Of a DNA stretch of 30,571 nucleotides, positions 1 to 9,167 are shown piece by piece. Made by a program: the position numbers and the translations under genes. Position 1 is the stretch's first letter, and each line of letters begins with the position of its first letter. Origin of the DNA: a virus (Duplodnaviria > Caudoviricetes). The stretch is taken from positions 1 to 30,571 of the IMG/VR virus record IMGVR_UViG_3300045118_000099; one strand, written 5' to 3'. The notes under the pieces were generated by a model, which was not told the origin of the DNA, searched no databases, and saw only the letters and a program-made list of their open reading frames with translations.

Positions 1-855
1 ATTTCCTGCTGATTGATAGGTGCAATCTCCTCCGTGATTTGAATATGCCGTGCAAGTTTGTGCCGTCCAAGTGCAACCAGCACCCTCGCAGACACCTTGC
101 CCTTGTGCTTCTAATTCTGAACAAGGTGAATAATTTTGACAAGTCATTCCGTCCCACCAACAAGTGGGATAATAAACATTGCAAGCTTCTTGAGTTTCAA
201 ACACAACACAATTAGAACTCCCACCACATCGTTCATCCATCGCACTACAAGAAGTTGATGGAGAGCCAGTGCAACTTTCACTTAATGTTCCATTACAATT
301 TCCAGTCGTATATGTGCCTGTGCAAGAGGAAGGAACAGCAGGAGTCCAAGAGCAACCAGCACTTCCACAAGTTGATTCATCACTATCCCAAGTATCACAA
401 CCTTTATCGGTGCAATTCGGGTCATTCCAGTTGCAATAAGTGCCATTCAATTCACAATTAGTTTGGTCATTATTCCATTGAGCACAATTAGTTGTTTGAC
501 TTCCATAACAATCTGATGGACTTCCTGCATTCCAAGTGCAATTATCACAACCTGTTTGTCCCGAACTATGACTCTGACAATTTGTTTCGTCTTCATTCCA
601 AATAGAACAACTTGAACATTCCCAAGAACAGGGTGGAGAGTTTAACGCACAGTTGGCATAATCATTATTGTAAATTGAGCAATAAGTTGTTGACCAAGTG
701 CAACCTATTGCCTCACAAGCCCCCTGACTTCCTTGATTTGCACAAACTAATGTCCCCGTGCAACTATCTGCTAGATAACCCCAAGAGCAACCATCTTGAT
801 TATTGCAAGGTGTTTCAGACATAAAAGTAGAGCAAGCATCAGGGGTCCCAGAACA
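1..855 (-). repeat. Degenerate Cys-rich protein repeats (C-x(6-10)-C-x(4-6)-C-x-W type)
   Basis: Translation includes CNNQDGCSW, CEAIGCTW, CALNSPPCSW, CELNGTYCNW, CGSAGCSW, CNVYYPTCWW, CEGAGCTW. Hand count is 38 Cys in 285 codons. Confidence 0.85.
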
Positions 856-3123
856 AGTTCCAGTAGGTTGAACATTATGTAAAGCCGTGCCTTCTGAATT
901 CATACCAACATTAAAAGTCTTCCTATTTGAAGCAGAACCCCAATAACCAACTGATTTACCTTTAATATAAGAATTGCCAGAATTATCTTGAAACTCTAAT
1001 CCATCATCGTGGTTTGCGTGATTAGATGAAATATAAATTGTATTGCTTCCGTGAATCCAATTAGGCCCCAATCCTAAATAACCAGTAAGGTTGTTATACC
1101 AGACGGAAATTCCATCTCCCTCATTATTATTTTGAGAAACAACCTTCCAGGCATCATTGCCAAATGAAGTAGTGTTCACTCCGCTCGGTCCAGTAAGACC
1201 CTGTGTTGGATATAATGGTTTTAGCAGATGATGTCTGTCGTTTGCTAAATCATAATAAGAAAGAACATTATTTGAATTATCTCTATAAACATAAGGTGTT
1301 GGCGTAAAGTTAACAACTCTACCAGCTGACTGTGAAAAAGACGAATCAACTGTTAAAGACGTATTTGTGGCAATAGCTGTAATTGTTCTACTTCCTGCTG
1401 TGGTTCTGATTTTCCAACCTATTCTTGCTTCGGTTAAGAATAAAGTCCCTGAACCTGTGACAGTAGTTCCCGAAGCACCAACTGTTCCTGTTCCCACAAA
1501 TTCAGCACTTCCCTTTGTTTCAACAGAACTTTGCAAATCTAATAGGCTAAACGGACTTGAAGTTATTATGTGAGGACTATCAACAATTTTCTTACTACTA
1601 TCCATATAGGTCATTCTGCCCGCAGTAAGCCAATTTAGAATAGGTGAAGCAGTAATAGTCTGAGCCGTGGTTTGGTCAAGTTTAAGAAAAAGATTACCCA
1701 AATCAACAGCATTTACTCTTACAGAAAAATGGCTATTGTTTGTTCCGCCAGTATCAAAAGTAACATTAACTGCAGCACCACCGCCAGATACATTCGCATA
1801 CCATTTAATCACTAATCTATCAGTAGTATTAAGAGTTTCTTCTGTGGCTATCACACAATGAATGCTTTGCTCTGCTGATGTAGTAGTTAAGGCAGATGAA
1901 TTTTCTGATGTAGATAACAATGTTTCGGCCCCGCCAGAAGTTCTCTTGTATAACTCAAAATACACGACTACTGTTTTAGCTGGAACATTAGACTTATATG
2001 CGTGAAAGTGGCAATCATATACCCCTGCTAACAACCTATCTAAACCAGGAGAGCCTGATACAGTGGCAAAGTTAAACATTGCTTGGTTATCTCCTGCTGA
2101 TAATCCTGACTTTACAACTGTTCCTGCTGTATCTGGCGTTTCATCCATTACATAATAAATCCCGCCTATGTCAGAAGCATTATCATAAAAGTATTCTGTC
2201 AGTTCAAGTGAAGACACTGCTAAATCTACATATTCTTTATTAACTAACTGATATTCTGAACCTGTGCCGACCACCGAAGTAGTCATCAAAGGAATACCAT
2301 TGGCTATGGTTTGTGGAGTTGTTTGGTCTAAATGAAGTGAAAGTGGGTCAGTTTCAGCAATTACGCCGGAATTGGTTATTGTTATGTCAGTTTGTTTGGT
2401 TGCATCATTGGATGAAGAAGTAATGGCAATTCCTGTTCCATTTTTCCAGTTTATATCCGTATACTTTGTAAGAGGATTAGTAGAATTAACATAATTTTGC
2501 CTATTCATATTACCTCCTCCCCCCTTATTCGCCATAATTGATATTGTATCTCTTCTCAATTTTTTTATTTCTTCATTCAATCCATCGATTGTCTTTTGAG
2601 AATTGCTTAAAACATCGTCTACCCTTTTGTTTATTTTTTCTTTATTTTTTTCATTGCCTTCTCTTAAACCAAAAATTAAATTCTTCAGTTCATCTTCCAA
2701 TTTTTTTATTTGGTTTTTATAATCAGTTATTTCAATCTTTTTATTTGATATTTTTTGAATATCCGCTTTTAATCCATCTATTTCAAAATTCACTAATCCA
2801 AGTTTTTTTAAATTAGCGTTTTTCTGCTCTACTATTGCAGACTCTAAAATAGATAATTTTTGATTTAAGACCTCATTTAAATCCTGTTCGTCCTTTTTTA
2901 ATTCTTCTTTTAAATTAAGAATAGAATTAAAAATAGATTCCATTTGCCCCCTAATTTCTCGTATCTTTTTTTTTGTCGTCTCAACAGTTTTTATTTCAAC
3001 ATCCTCTTTTACCTTATCGCCAATTCTTTGTATTTCTTTTTCAATAGACTTAAAACTATCGCTCATATTGGGGCGAGAAAGATTGTTCAAAATCTTTTTT
3101 AATTTTTCTTTATTCTTCGCCAT
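1..3123 (-). CDS. Large tail fibre/appendage-like protein (>1041 aa, runs off the window): N-terminal coiled coil, Gly linker, beta-rich fibre domains, Cys-rich CxW repeat region
   Basis: Hand translation of the minus strand from ATG 3123 (MAKNKEKLKKILNNLS...) finds no stop down to base 1. About 200 aa of K/E/L/I heptads, then NKGGGGN, two LDQTT(P/A)QT motifs, a GTGTVGASGTTVTGSGTLF...RTITAIATNTSLTVDS fibre-like module, then Cys repeats. Absent from the ORF track because it lacks a stop. Confidence 0.85.
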   Translation of the reverse strand, partial: MAKNKEKLKKILNNLSRPNMSDSFKSIEKEIQRIGDKVKEDVEIKTVETTKKKIREIRGQMESIFNSILNLKEELKKDEQDLNEVLNQKLSILESAIVEQKNANLKKLGLVNFEIDGLKADIQKISNKKIEITDYKNQIKKLEDELKNLIFGLREGNEKNKEKINKRVDDVLSNSQKTIDGLNEEIKKLRRDTISIMANKGGGGNMNRQNYVNSTNPLTKYTDINWKNGTGIAITSSSNDATKQTDITITNSGVIAETDPLSLHLDQTTPQTIANGIPLMTTSVVGTGSEYQLVNKEYVDLAVSSLELTEYFYDNASDIGGIYYVMDETPDTAGTVVKSGLSAGDNQAMFNFATVSGSPGLDRLLAGVYDCHFHAYKSNVPAKTVVVYFELYKRTSGGAETLLSTSENSSALTTTSAEQSIHCVIATEETLNTTDRLVIKWYANVSGGGAAVNVTFDTGGTNNSHFSVRVNAVDLGNLFLKLDQTTAQTITASPILNWLTAGRMTYMDSSKKIVDSPHIITSSPFSLLDLQSSVETKGSAEFVGTGTVGASGTTVTGSGTLFLTEARIGWKIRTTAGSRTITAIATNTSLTVDSSFSQSAGRVVNFTPTPYVYRDNSNNVLSYYDLANDRHHLLKPLYPTQGLTGPSGVNTTSFGNDAWKVVSQNNNEGDGISVWYNNLTGYLGLGPNWIHGSNTIYISSNHANHDDGLEFQDNSGNSYIKGKSVGYWGSASNRKTFNVGMNSEGTALHNVQPTGTCSGTPDACSTFMSETPCNNQDGCSWGYLADSCTGTLVCANQGSQGACEAIGCTWSTTYCSIYNNDYANCALNSPPCSWECSSCSIWNEDETNCQSHSSGQTGCDNCTWNAGSPSDCYGSQTTNCAQWNNDQTNCELNGTYCNWNDPNCTDKGCDTWDSDESTCGSAGCSWTPAVPSSCTGTYTTGNCNGTLSESCTGSPSTSCSAMDERCGGSSNCVVFETQEACNVYYPTCWWDGMTCQNYSPCSELEAQGQGVCEGAGCTWTAQTCTAYSNHGGDCTYQSAGN

Positions 3124-3445
3124 CCTCTAATACTTCTTTAATGCTATCTTTTATACTTTCAATTTCATCTTTAATTGTTTCCTTTATCTCTTTTCTTAAC
3201 TCATCAAGTTTTTTATCCATCGTTCCTTCCATTTCTTTATTATTTGCCTCTAAATCAACGTTTTGGGACTGGGTGCTACTTTGTGCCTGTTCTGGTTGTA
3301 AATCGCTTGGCGACCCCATTTCTTGCATTTGGGGGGCTTTTGGGAGCAATCCTTCTGAAAGTCTGGTCGCAAAACTTAATACAGCTGCTGTTTCATCAGG
3401 ATTTTCGTTTTGATTATTTACTTGTTGTTGTTCTTGTTGTATCAT
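3110..3445 (-). CDS. Hypothetical acidic/Gln-rich protein with C-terminal coiled coil
   Basis: 111 aa ORF, co-oriented, overlapping the start of the 3123 gene. C-terminal heptads (LDELRKEIKETIKDEIESIKDSIKEVL). Confidence 0.75.
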   Translation of the reverse strand: MIQQEQQQVNNQNENPDETAAVLSFATRLSEGLLPKAPQMQEMGSPSDLQPEQAQSSTQSQNVDLEANNKEMEGTMDKKLDELRKEIKETIKDEIESIKDSIKEVLEDGEE

Positions 3446-3453
3446 AATATAAT

Positions 3454-3519
3454 ATGTGGTTATTTCTAATAATTTTTATTATTGTAGTGGCTATTGCTGC
3501 TTGGTATTCAGTTAAGTGA
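3454..3519 (+). CDS. Putative 21-aa single-pass membrane peptide on the opposite strand
   Basis: ATG 3454 to TGA 3519 gives MWLFLIIFIIVVAIAAWYSVK. It fills the gap between two minus-strand genes and its stop abuts the convergent stop at 3520. Confidence 0.45.
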   Translation: MWLFLIIFIIVVAIAAWYSVK

Positions 3520-5442
3520 TTATTTTGTTTTATTCGCCTTATTCCAAATGTCGGTGAGTTGGGATTCATTTATGAAAGCGCTTTCTGGTTTCATTGCATA
3601 ATGAATTGTGCTTGTTCCACCCCAATCTGCTGTATCTCCAATATTGTCTACGATATTTTTGAAAGTTACACCATCATATCCTTCCTTTTGTGCGTTACCC
3701 ACAATTTCTTGTGTAGATTTCCCCCATTTAGTATTAAGTTTATCCCACTTCGCACCTTTAGCATCTATAACTAAAGGTTTTTTAAAATTCAAATATCCCT
3801 CATATACATAATCTGGTGTTCCTGCAAATCCAGTAGCATCTGTATATTCGTCAGTAAAAAATGCTCCTCCCTTTTTATTTGAAAACTTTTTTAATGGAGT
3901 TCGACTTCCGTGATAAGTTGGTGTTTGGCTATTCACAAACTCCTCTGCACTCTTGTATTTGCGGGCTTCTTGGTAAAGAGAATTTTCAACTTTTGGGGTT
4001 ACTTTTGCTATCCCCTGTTTTACATAAAACTGCTTTGATTTTGGAACACCTGCTTCATAAGTCGTGGGTGCTTTTAAAGGAATAGCATATTCTCCAAGGG
4101 GTTTGCCCATTGGTAATGCCGGTCTTTTTAGATATTCAGGAGTTGATGTAATATCAGGTGTTACCATTCCTTGCTTATTACCACTTAACATTTGAGCTAT
4201 TCTGGCCTGAACTGATTTTGAAGAGAAAAACTTTTTTGCCAAAAACCCTCCTACGGCCGCAGGGTCTCCACCAGATAACATTATCCAATCAGTTAAGGTT
4301 ATATTATTTAATGCCTGTTGACCAACAATTTTGTTTCCCAATTTATCTATTAAAAATTTAGAAAGTTGAGTTTGCTTATTCATTGCATCAATATTTTTAA
4401 CTCCCAAATATCGAGCTTTATCAAGTTGCCATTTTCTAATAACATTATCAATTCTTGTGGCTTTATCTACTAAATCAGGATTAAGTGTTTTGTTATAACC
4501 CAATTTTATTTCTCTTTCAAAAAGGCGTTTAACTTGATTGATTTCTGACATATTCAATCCTTGTGATTTGCTTTTTTGTAATAATTGTTTTGCACTAGAA
4601 AGATATTCTGCTCTTGCTCCTGGACTTGAAACTTTATTCCCTTTGTTAATAATCTCTTTAAGAGCAGTATTTATTGGTGTTACTTTATATTCACCAGGCA
4701 ATTTAGACAAAGCATCATCTACCAAATTTTTAGATTGAACAAACTTTAGTGATTCTCTCGTTATAATATCTTGTGGATTGCCAAAATTACCAGTATCAAC
4801 CAAATATTTTCCAGGAGATTTACCGGCTACTTTTGTAAATTTTATTTCATCAGTAGGATTTAATCTGGCAACTCTATTCATTATGTTCTCAGGAGTATTT
4901 TGAGTTATAGTTTTAGCTTTTGAAGCTATATTAGAAGTTATCTCTTCTGCCTTTCCTTGAATTTTAGGAATAGTTTTTTTAATTCCCTGTAATCCTGATT
5001 GAACTCCCTTACTTACTCCCAAAAAAGCACCTATATCTAAAATATTTTCAATATCTTTTGCTGCTTCAGGATGTTTTTGTGACCATTCCGCATATTTTTG
5101 CACCATGGGAACCTCAACCAACTTACCACCAATAAATTCAGTTGCTTCTTTTATTCCAGGTGCTTCAAATAAAGGTGCCGTAGCAGTTTTTGCAACTCCA
5201 CCAATAGTCCTAAATGCAGTTCTTGGTATTTCAACAAAACCCTTCTGTATTGCCTCTGGAATATTTTTGGGAGTAGCAAATGCTTTTTGAGCTTGGGCAG
5301 TAATTGCTTCTGCTTCCCCCATTATTGTTTTTCCTATTCTTGAAAGATAACCGGGCTCTTTTTCTTTTTGCGAAACGCCAAAACTATTGTAAACATCTTC
5401 CCCAAACTGCTTTTTAAATTGTTCTGCTGATATAGTTTTCAT
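3520..5442 (-). CDS. Putative internal virion/ejection protein with C-terminal ADP-ribosyltransferase-like (ART-PolyVal-like) domain
   Basis: 640 aa, helical and K/A/G-rich, positioned after the nozzle and first ejection gene. The C-terminus has YHGS...GAFFTD...A..F...VYEGYL..KKP...GYDGV motifs. Confidence 0.65.
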   Translation of the reverse strand: MKTISAEQFKKQFGEDVYNSFGVSQKEKEPGYLSRIGKTIMGEAEAITAQAQKAFATPKNIPEAIQKGFVEIPRTAFRTIGGVAKTATAPLFEAPGIKEATEFIGGKLVEVPMVQKYAEWSQKHPEAAKDIENILDIGAFLGVSKGVQSGLQGIKKTIPKIQGKAEEITSNIASKAKTITQNTPENIMNRVARLNPTDEIKFTKVAGKSPGKYLVDTGNFGNPQDIITRESLKFVQSKNLVDDALSKLPGEYKVTPINTALKEIINKGNKVSSPGARAEYLSSAKQLLQKSKSQGLNMSEINQVKRLFEREIKLGYNKTLNPDLVDKATRIDNVIRKWQLDKARYLGVKNIDAMNKQTQLSKFLIDKLGNKIVGQQALNNITLTDWIMLSGGDPAAVGGFLAKKFFSSKSVQARIAQMLSGNKQGMVTPDITSTPEYLKRPALPMGKPLGEYAIPLKAPTTYEAGVPKSKQFYVKQGIAKVTPKVENSLYQEARKYKSAEEFVNSQTPTYHGSRTPLKKFSNKKGGAFFTDEYTDATGFAGTPDYVYEGYLNFKKPLVIDAKGAKWDKLNTKWGKSTQEIVGNAQKEGYDGVTFKNIVDNIGDTADWGGTSTIHYAMKPESAFINESQLTDIWNKANKTK

Positions 5443-7295
5443 AGTTCTGTTATAGACCCATCACTATTTTTGGTATAATATTTACCATCAATTATTTGCA
5501 CTCCAACATCTGCGGGATTACCACCACGATAAATATAATCCAATTTAGCAAAATTGTTAATTTTATCTAATTCTGTCTTAAAATCATTTTCATTAGCTTT
5601 ATATCCTTTAACATTTCCATTTTTATCTTTTACTGTCCAAACGCCAATTTTAGTGGCCGCATTGGCTAAAACCTGTAATTCTTGGTCAGATAAAGCTCCA
5701 AAGGTTGCTCCTTTAGCCTTAGCATCAATAAGTGCTTGAAGATTTAAACCAGAACGCAATTGTTCTACTCCAGCAATAAAGTTAGCTTTTCCTCCCGTAA
5801 GTGATTGTATAGGAGCAAATCTTCCTAATCCAATTGTGCCAACTGCTCCACTAAGATTTTTATCAGTTATTAGACCACTAATCAAATCTACTTGACTCTT
5901 CATATTTGCAAGTTGTTTTTTCCCTTCAAAAGTGTTGGGGTCAAGAATTGAACCCTTTTGGTCATTTATAATCTTTTGAATATCTGCTACTATTTTTGCT
6001 CTTTGAGCCTGTTCTGTCTTAATTTGTTCTAACTTTAATTGTTGTTCCAATGGTAATCCCTCAATTTGTGCTTGTTTTAATTGGATACCTAATTTTTTTT
6101 CTCTTAATCCCAATAATCTTTCTTGTTCTGAAATAGTTCTTGCATCTCTGTCTCTCTGTGCCGCTATTGCCAAACTACCTGAAGGCAAACCATAAATCCT
6201 CTCAATTTGTGCTATCATTTGAGGATTTCCACTTGTAGCCTGATACACTCCATCCCAACCCAATGTCTTTGCCACTCTGTCCAAAGTATCAACAGCGTTC
6301 TTTTTCATCTGTTGGTTCATTTCCGCTATCTTAAACTCAAAATTCATTTTTGTATCAAAAAGCCTATCAGCCTCTTGTCTATCTTGCTGAGTTAAATTCA
6401 TCATTGTATCTAAATAGCGTTCTTTTGCTGCCCTTGTTTCCAATAAAGTATTGTAGTTCTTGACAAGTTGTTTGTTTCTTGCGTTAGACAAAGCTATAAC
6501 CTGTGAATCTGTGGCAAACCCACCGGCCTTAGTTACTTCAGTTCTAATATCGTCTTCTGTTCCCTCAATCACTTTTTTCATATTTATAAGTTCAGTATCA
6601 ATTCCCTGAATACCAGAAGACTCTAACATAGATTTATAAGTATCAACCAAACTGGTTCTTTGGTTCTGCTGACTCATATATTGTTGATAAGAACCTATAA
6701 CAGAATTTAAATATGGGTCTTGTGTAACAAAATTATCTATTGCAGACGAAGTCTGGGTAGATGGCAAATATTGATTATACATACTAACTGCCCCTGAATA
6801 ATCAGTAGGTGCTGTTTGTCCGGCCGCTGTTGCTGCTTGAAATCCTTGTTTATATTCCTGAAAAGTAGGTTTTGGTTGTGTGGCTTGAAAAACAGCATTG
6901 CTTTGTTGTGGTGTTGGTGTTCCCCTTGGAGCATATAAAAGCGTTCCGGTTGGCGAAGCACCTATTTGCACCATTTCTCCACTTTTTATTTTATCTGCTT
7001 CTGTTTGTATTGCAGTTAATCTTGATGGTTCTATGTTCTGTAGAGTTTCCCGTGGATTAAGAGGGTTTTGAACCCCTGAAACAGTTGCTATTTGTCCGAC
7101 TGGTCTATTCCTTACCTGCCAATTCCATTCTTCCAAAGCAGATGGGTTCGCTTGTCCTGAACTTGCCCATTGTTGAGCTTCTGCCAAAGACGCCTCTGAC
7201 ATTCCTGTCGGAGTGTTTGTCCCAGGCAAAACCTGATAATAGGGTTTACCTGTGTCCAAGCCTTTATAAACTTTGTATAGATTTTCTTGTGCCAT
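5439..7295 (-). CDS. Putative internal virion/DNA ejection protein
   Basis: Q/T/A-rich N-terminus, long coiled coil and C-terminal GATFGALSDQE motif, in the position of podovirus ejection proteins. The start is probably ATG 7295 (MAQENLY) rather than 7370, which overlaps the upstream gene. ATGA overlap with the next gene. Confidence 0.65.
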   Translation of the reverse strand: MAQENLYKVYKGLDTGKPYYQVLPGTNTPTGMSEASLAEAQQWASSGQANPSALEEWNWQVRNRPVGQIATVSGVQNPLNPRETLQNIEPSRLTAIQTEADKIKSGEMVQIGASPTGTLLYAPRGTPTPQQSNAVFQATQPKPTFQEYKQGFQAATAAGQTAPTDYSGAVSMYNQYLPSTQTSSAIDNFVTQDPYLNSVIGSYQQYMSQQNQRTSLVDTYKSMLESSGIQGIDTELINMKKVIEGTEDDIRTEVTKAGGFATDSQVIALSNARNKQLVKNYNTLLETRAAKERYLDTMMNLTQQDRQEADRLFDTKMNFEFKIAEMNQQMKKNAVDTLDRVAKTLGWDGVYQATSGNPQMIAQIERIYGLPSGSLAIAAQRDRDARTISEQERLLGLREKKLGIQLKQAQIEGLPLEQQLKLEQIKTEQAQRAKIVADIQKIINDQKGSILDPNTFEGKKQLANMKSQVDLISGLITDKNLSGAVGTIGLGRFAPIQSLTGGKANFIAGVEQLRSGLNLQALIDAKAKGATFGALSDQELQVLANAATKIGVWTVKDKNGNVKGYKANENDFKTELDKINNFAKLDYIYRGGNPADVGVQIIDGKYYTKNSDGSITEL

Positions 7296-7299
7296 AATT

Positions 7300-7578
7300 T
7301 TAATTATTAAGTGCAACAATACTACCAACGCTGTTCCTCCAACCAGCCGTTGTATACCATATTGGCACATTGTTAGTTGTATCGAAATATCTTTGACCTA
7401 CGGTTGCGACCGAAGAAACAGGTCTCGAAGTCAAAGCTCCATTTAATGTTACATATCTTCTGTTTACCACTGATAAATTGTCGGTTGGAGTATCTGTAAG
7501 TTTTCTATCGCTAAAAGCCTGAGTTTGCATATACTCTTTGACAATGTCCCATATTTGTTTTTTATCTATTTCTGCCAT
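7300..7578 (-). CDS. Small tail-associated protein
   Basis: 92 aa. The module G.LTSRP....VGQRYFDTT...PIWY...GW resembles small repeats seen in phage fibres and spikes. Confidence 0.55.
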   Translation of the reverse strand: MAEIDKKQIWDIVKEYMQTQAFSDRKLTDTPTDNLSVVNRRYVTLNGALTSRPVSSVATVGQRYFDTTNNVPIWYTTAGWRNSVGSIVALNN

Positions 7579-7580
7579 AT

Positions 7581-9167
7581 TTATGATTTTACAAATTCAA
7601 AATCTATTTCAATTTTTTTAAATGTCATATTTGCTGTTCCACTATTTGTTATTCTTGCTCCCAAAACATAAGTTTGATTCATATCAGGATTATAACTTTC
7701 AACATCATCTCCCACTGACACATTTGTTCCAACTGTAAAAGTTTTATTTGAATTAGTTATTACTCCGGCATCAGAGCCTATCAACTCTATTTTAAATTCA
7801 TTACTTGCCACTAATGGTTTTGTGTAAACTCTTACTTCTTTTATGGTTATTTTTTCTGAAAATAATTGAGATTGGGTTTCATATACTCCGGCTATTGGAA
7901 TTCCTGCTCCTGTTGGAACTGTGGTAAATTTGTAAAACTTATATTTGGTTGTCGGCCCAGAATCTGTTTCTAATGTTGAAAAATACACTTTTGCCGAACC
8001 AACTTTATTCCCCGTATACCCTGCCGAAGAAGCTCCGTAAAATAAATTAGAAACCACTACACAAACAGGTATTTGTTGAATATCGGTTTGGGTTGTAGCT
8101 GAAATTCTAAATAATCTAAATAATCCTTCTGGTATTTCGTTATCATATTGCCCATAAACAAGAAGTGAACCCTTTAAAACAGAAGAATCTTGTTCTGGTG
8201 CGGCAAAACCTACTAAATTACCAGTTGAAAACATCGCTCCAAAGTTAGGTGAAACAGAGTTCGGCAAAGAAATCGCCTTGCTGCCACCGGAATACATAGC
8301 CGCTCCTCCCAAATCATATCCCATAGTATAAGAAAAGTTTCCAAAAGATGTATTAGCATTCAAAGAATAGGCATTATAAGGGTTATAAGTAGTAATTCCA
8401 GCATCTGTCCCATTCCAAAGCATAAAATAAGAATCTGATGAAGAGAGAGAAGCAGTATCTTGGGTAATAACTGTCATATCTGCTTGTGCAATACGGCTTA
8501 CAATTATTTGAACATAATTTCCGTCTGGCGAAACATCTATATCTCTTACCTGTGTCCCTGAAGGAAATGCTGGTGAAAGCTTTGCATAAGATATTACATT
8601 TTCTGTTGAATCAATTTCAACCAAATTAGTTCCATTACCGAAATAAAGTTTTCCAGCAAACTGCACTGATGGACGAGGAACACTTGAAGTATAAGAAGCT
8701 TGTGTTCCTACAAAAGTTTCCGAAGTTCCATTAAAGTTTATCTTAGTTACTCCCCTGTCATGTCCTATGAAAATCTTTTCAGTTGAACCATAAAATTGAA
8801 TAGAAGCTCCATATTTGAAAGTAGGACTTTCAGCAGTTAAGGTTGCTAAAAGAACAGGATTATCATAATCAGGATTATAAGTTGTGGGGTCATTAACCTG
8901 AATTTTGTAAAGTCGTCCTGTATGCCCTATAGCATAAACATAAGTAATACCAGATTCTAATCGTGGCCTTGCTGCCATAATTAAATCGGTTATTACACTT
9001 TCTGCGGCATCTATTCTTGTAGGTTGTTCAAACCAAGTTAAATTCCCTGGGTCAGAAAAAGGGTCATTACCGTATGTTTTGGAGTATTTAGCAAAGCCAG
9101 AGTTTATATCCCCTTTTTCATATCTGGTTAATCTTCCCTGAAAATTGTTTATCGTAAGTGTTGGCAT
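7581..9167 (-). CDS. Putative tail nozzle/hub protein (beta-propeller; P22 gp10-like position)
   Basis: 528 aa, beta-rich with propeller-like repeats (FAGKLYFGNG, DIDVSPDG). N-terminal TINNFQG and C-terminal YETQ...KEVRV..KPL segments, located between adaptor/fibre and ejection genes. Confidence 0.6.
   Translation of the reverse strand: MPTLTINNFQGRLTRYEKGDINSGFAKYSKTYGNDPFSDPGNLTWFEQPTRIDAAESVITDLIMAARPRLESGITYVYAIGHTGRLYKIQVNDPTTYNPDYDNPVLLATLTAESPTFKYGASIQFYGSTEKIFIGHDRGVTKINFNGTSETFVGTQASYTSSVPRPSVQFAGKLYFGNGTNLVEIDSTENVISYAKLSPAFPSGTQVRDIDVSPDGNYVQIIVSRIAQADMTVITQDTASLSSSDSYFMLWNGTDAGITTYNPYNAYSLNANTSFGNFSYTMGYDLGGAAMYSGGSKAISLPNSVSPNFGAMFSTGNLVGFAAPEQDSSVLKGSLLVYGQYDNEIPEGLFRLFRISATTQTDIQQIPVCVVVSNLFYGASSAGYTGNKVGSAKVYFSTLETDSGPTTKYKFYKFTTVPTGAGIPIAGVYETQSQLFSEKITIKEVRVYTKPLVASNEFKIELIGSDAGVITNSNKTFTVGTNVSVGDDVESYNPDMNQTYVLGARITNSGTANMTFKKIEIDFEFVKS

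Noticed and set aside
2538-3123. Apparent non-coding gap or frameshifts in the A/T homopolymer runs
   Set aside because: Codon-by-codon reading shows one uninterrupted minus-strand frame from 3123 to 1; the track omitted it only because it has no stop.
6737-6961. Alternative-frame minus-strand ORFs (6737-6961; also 21298-21501)
   Set aside because: Fully nested in longer genes with no motif or start context; likely chance.
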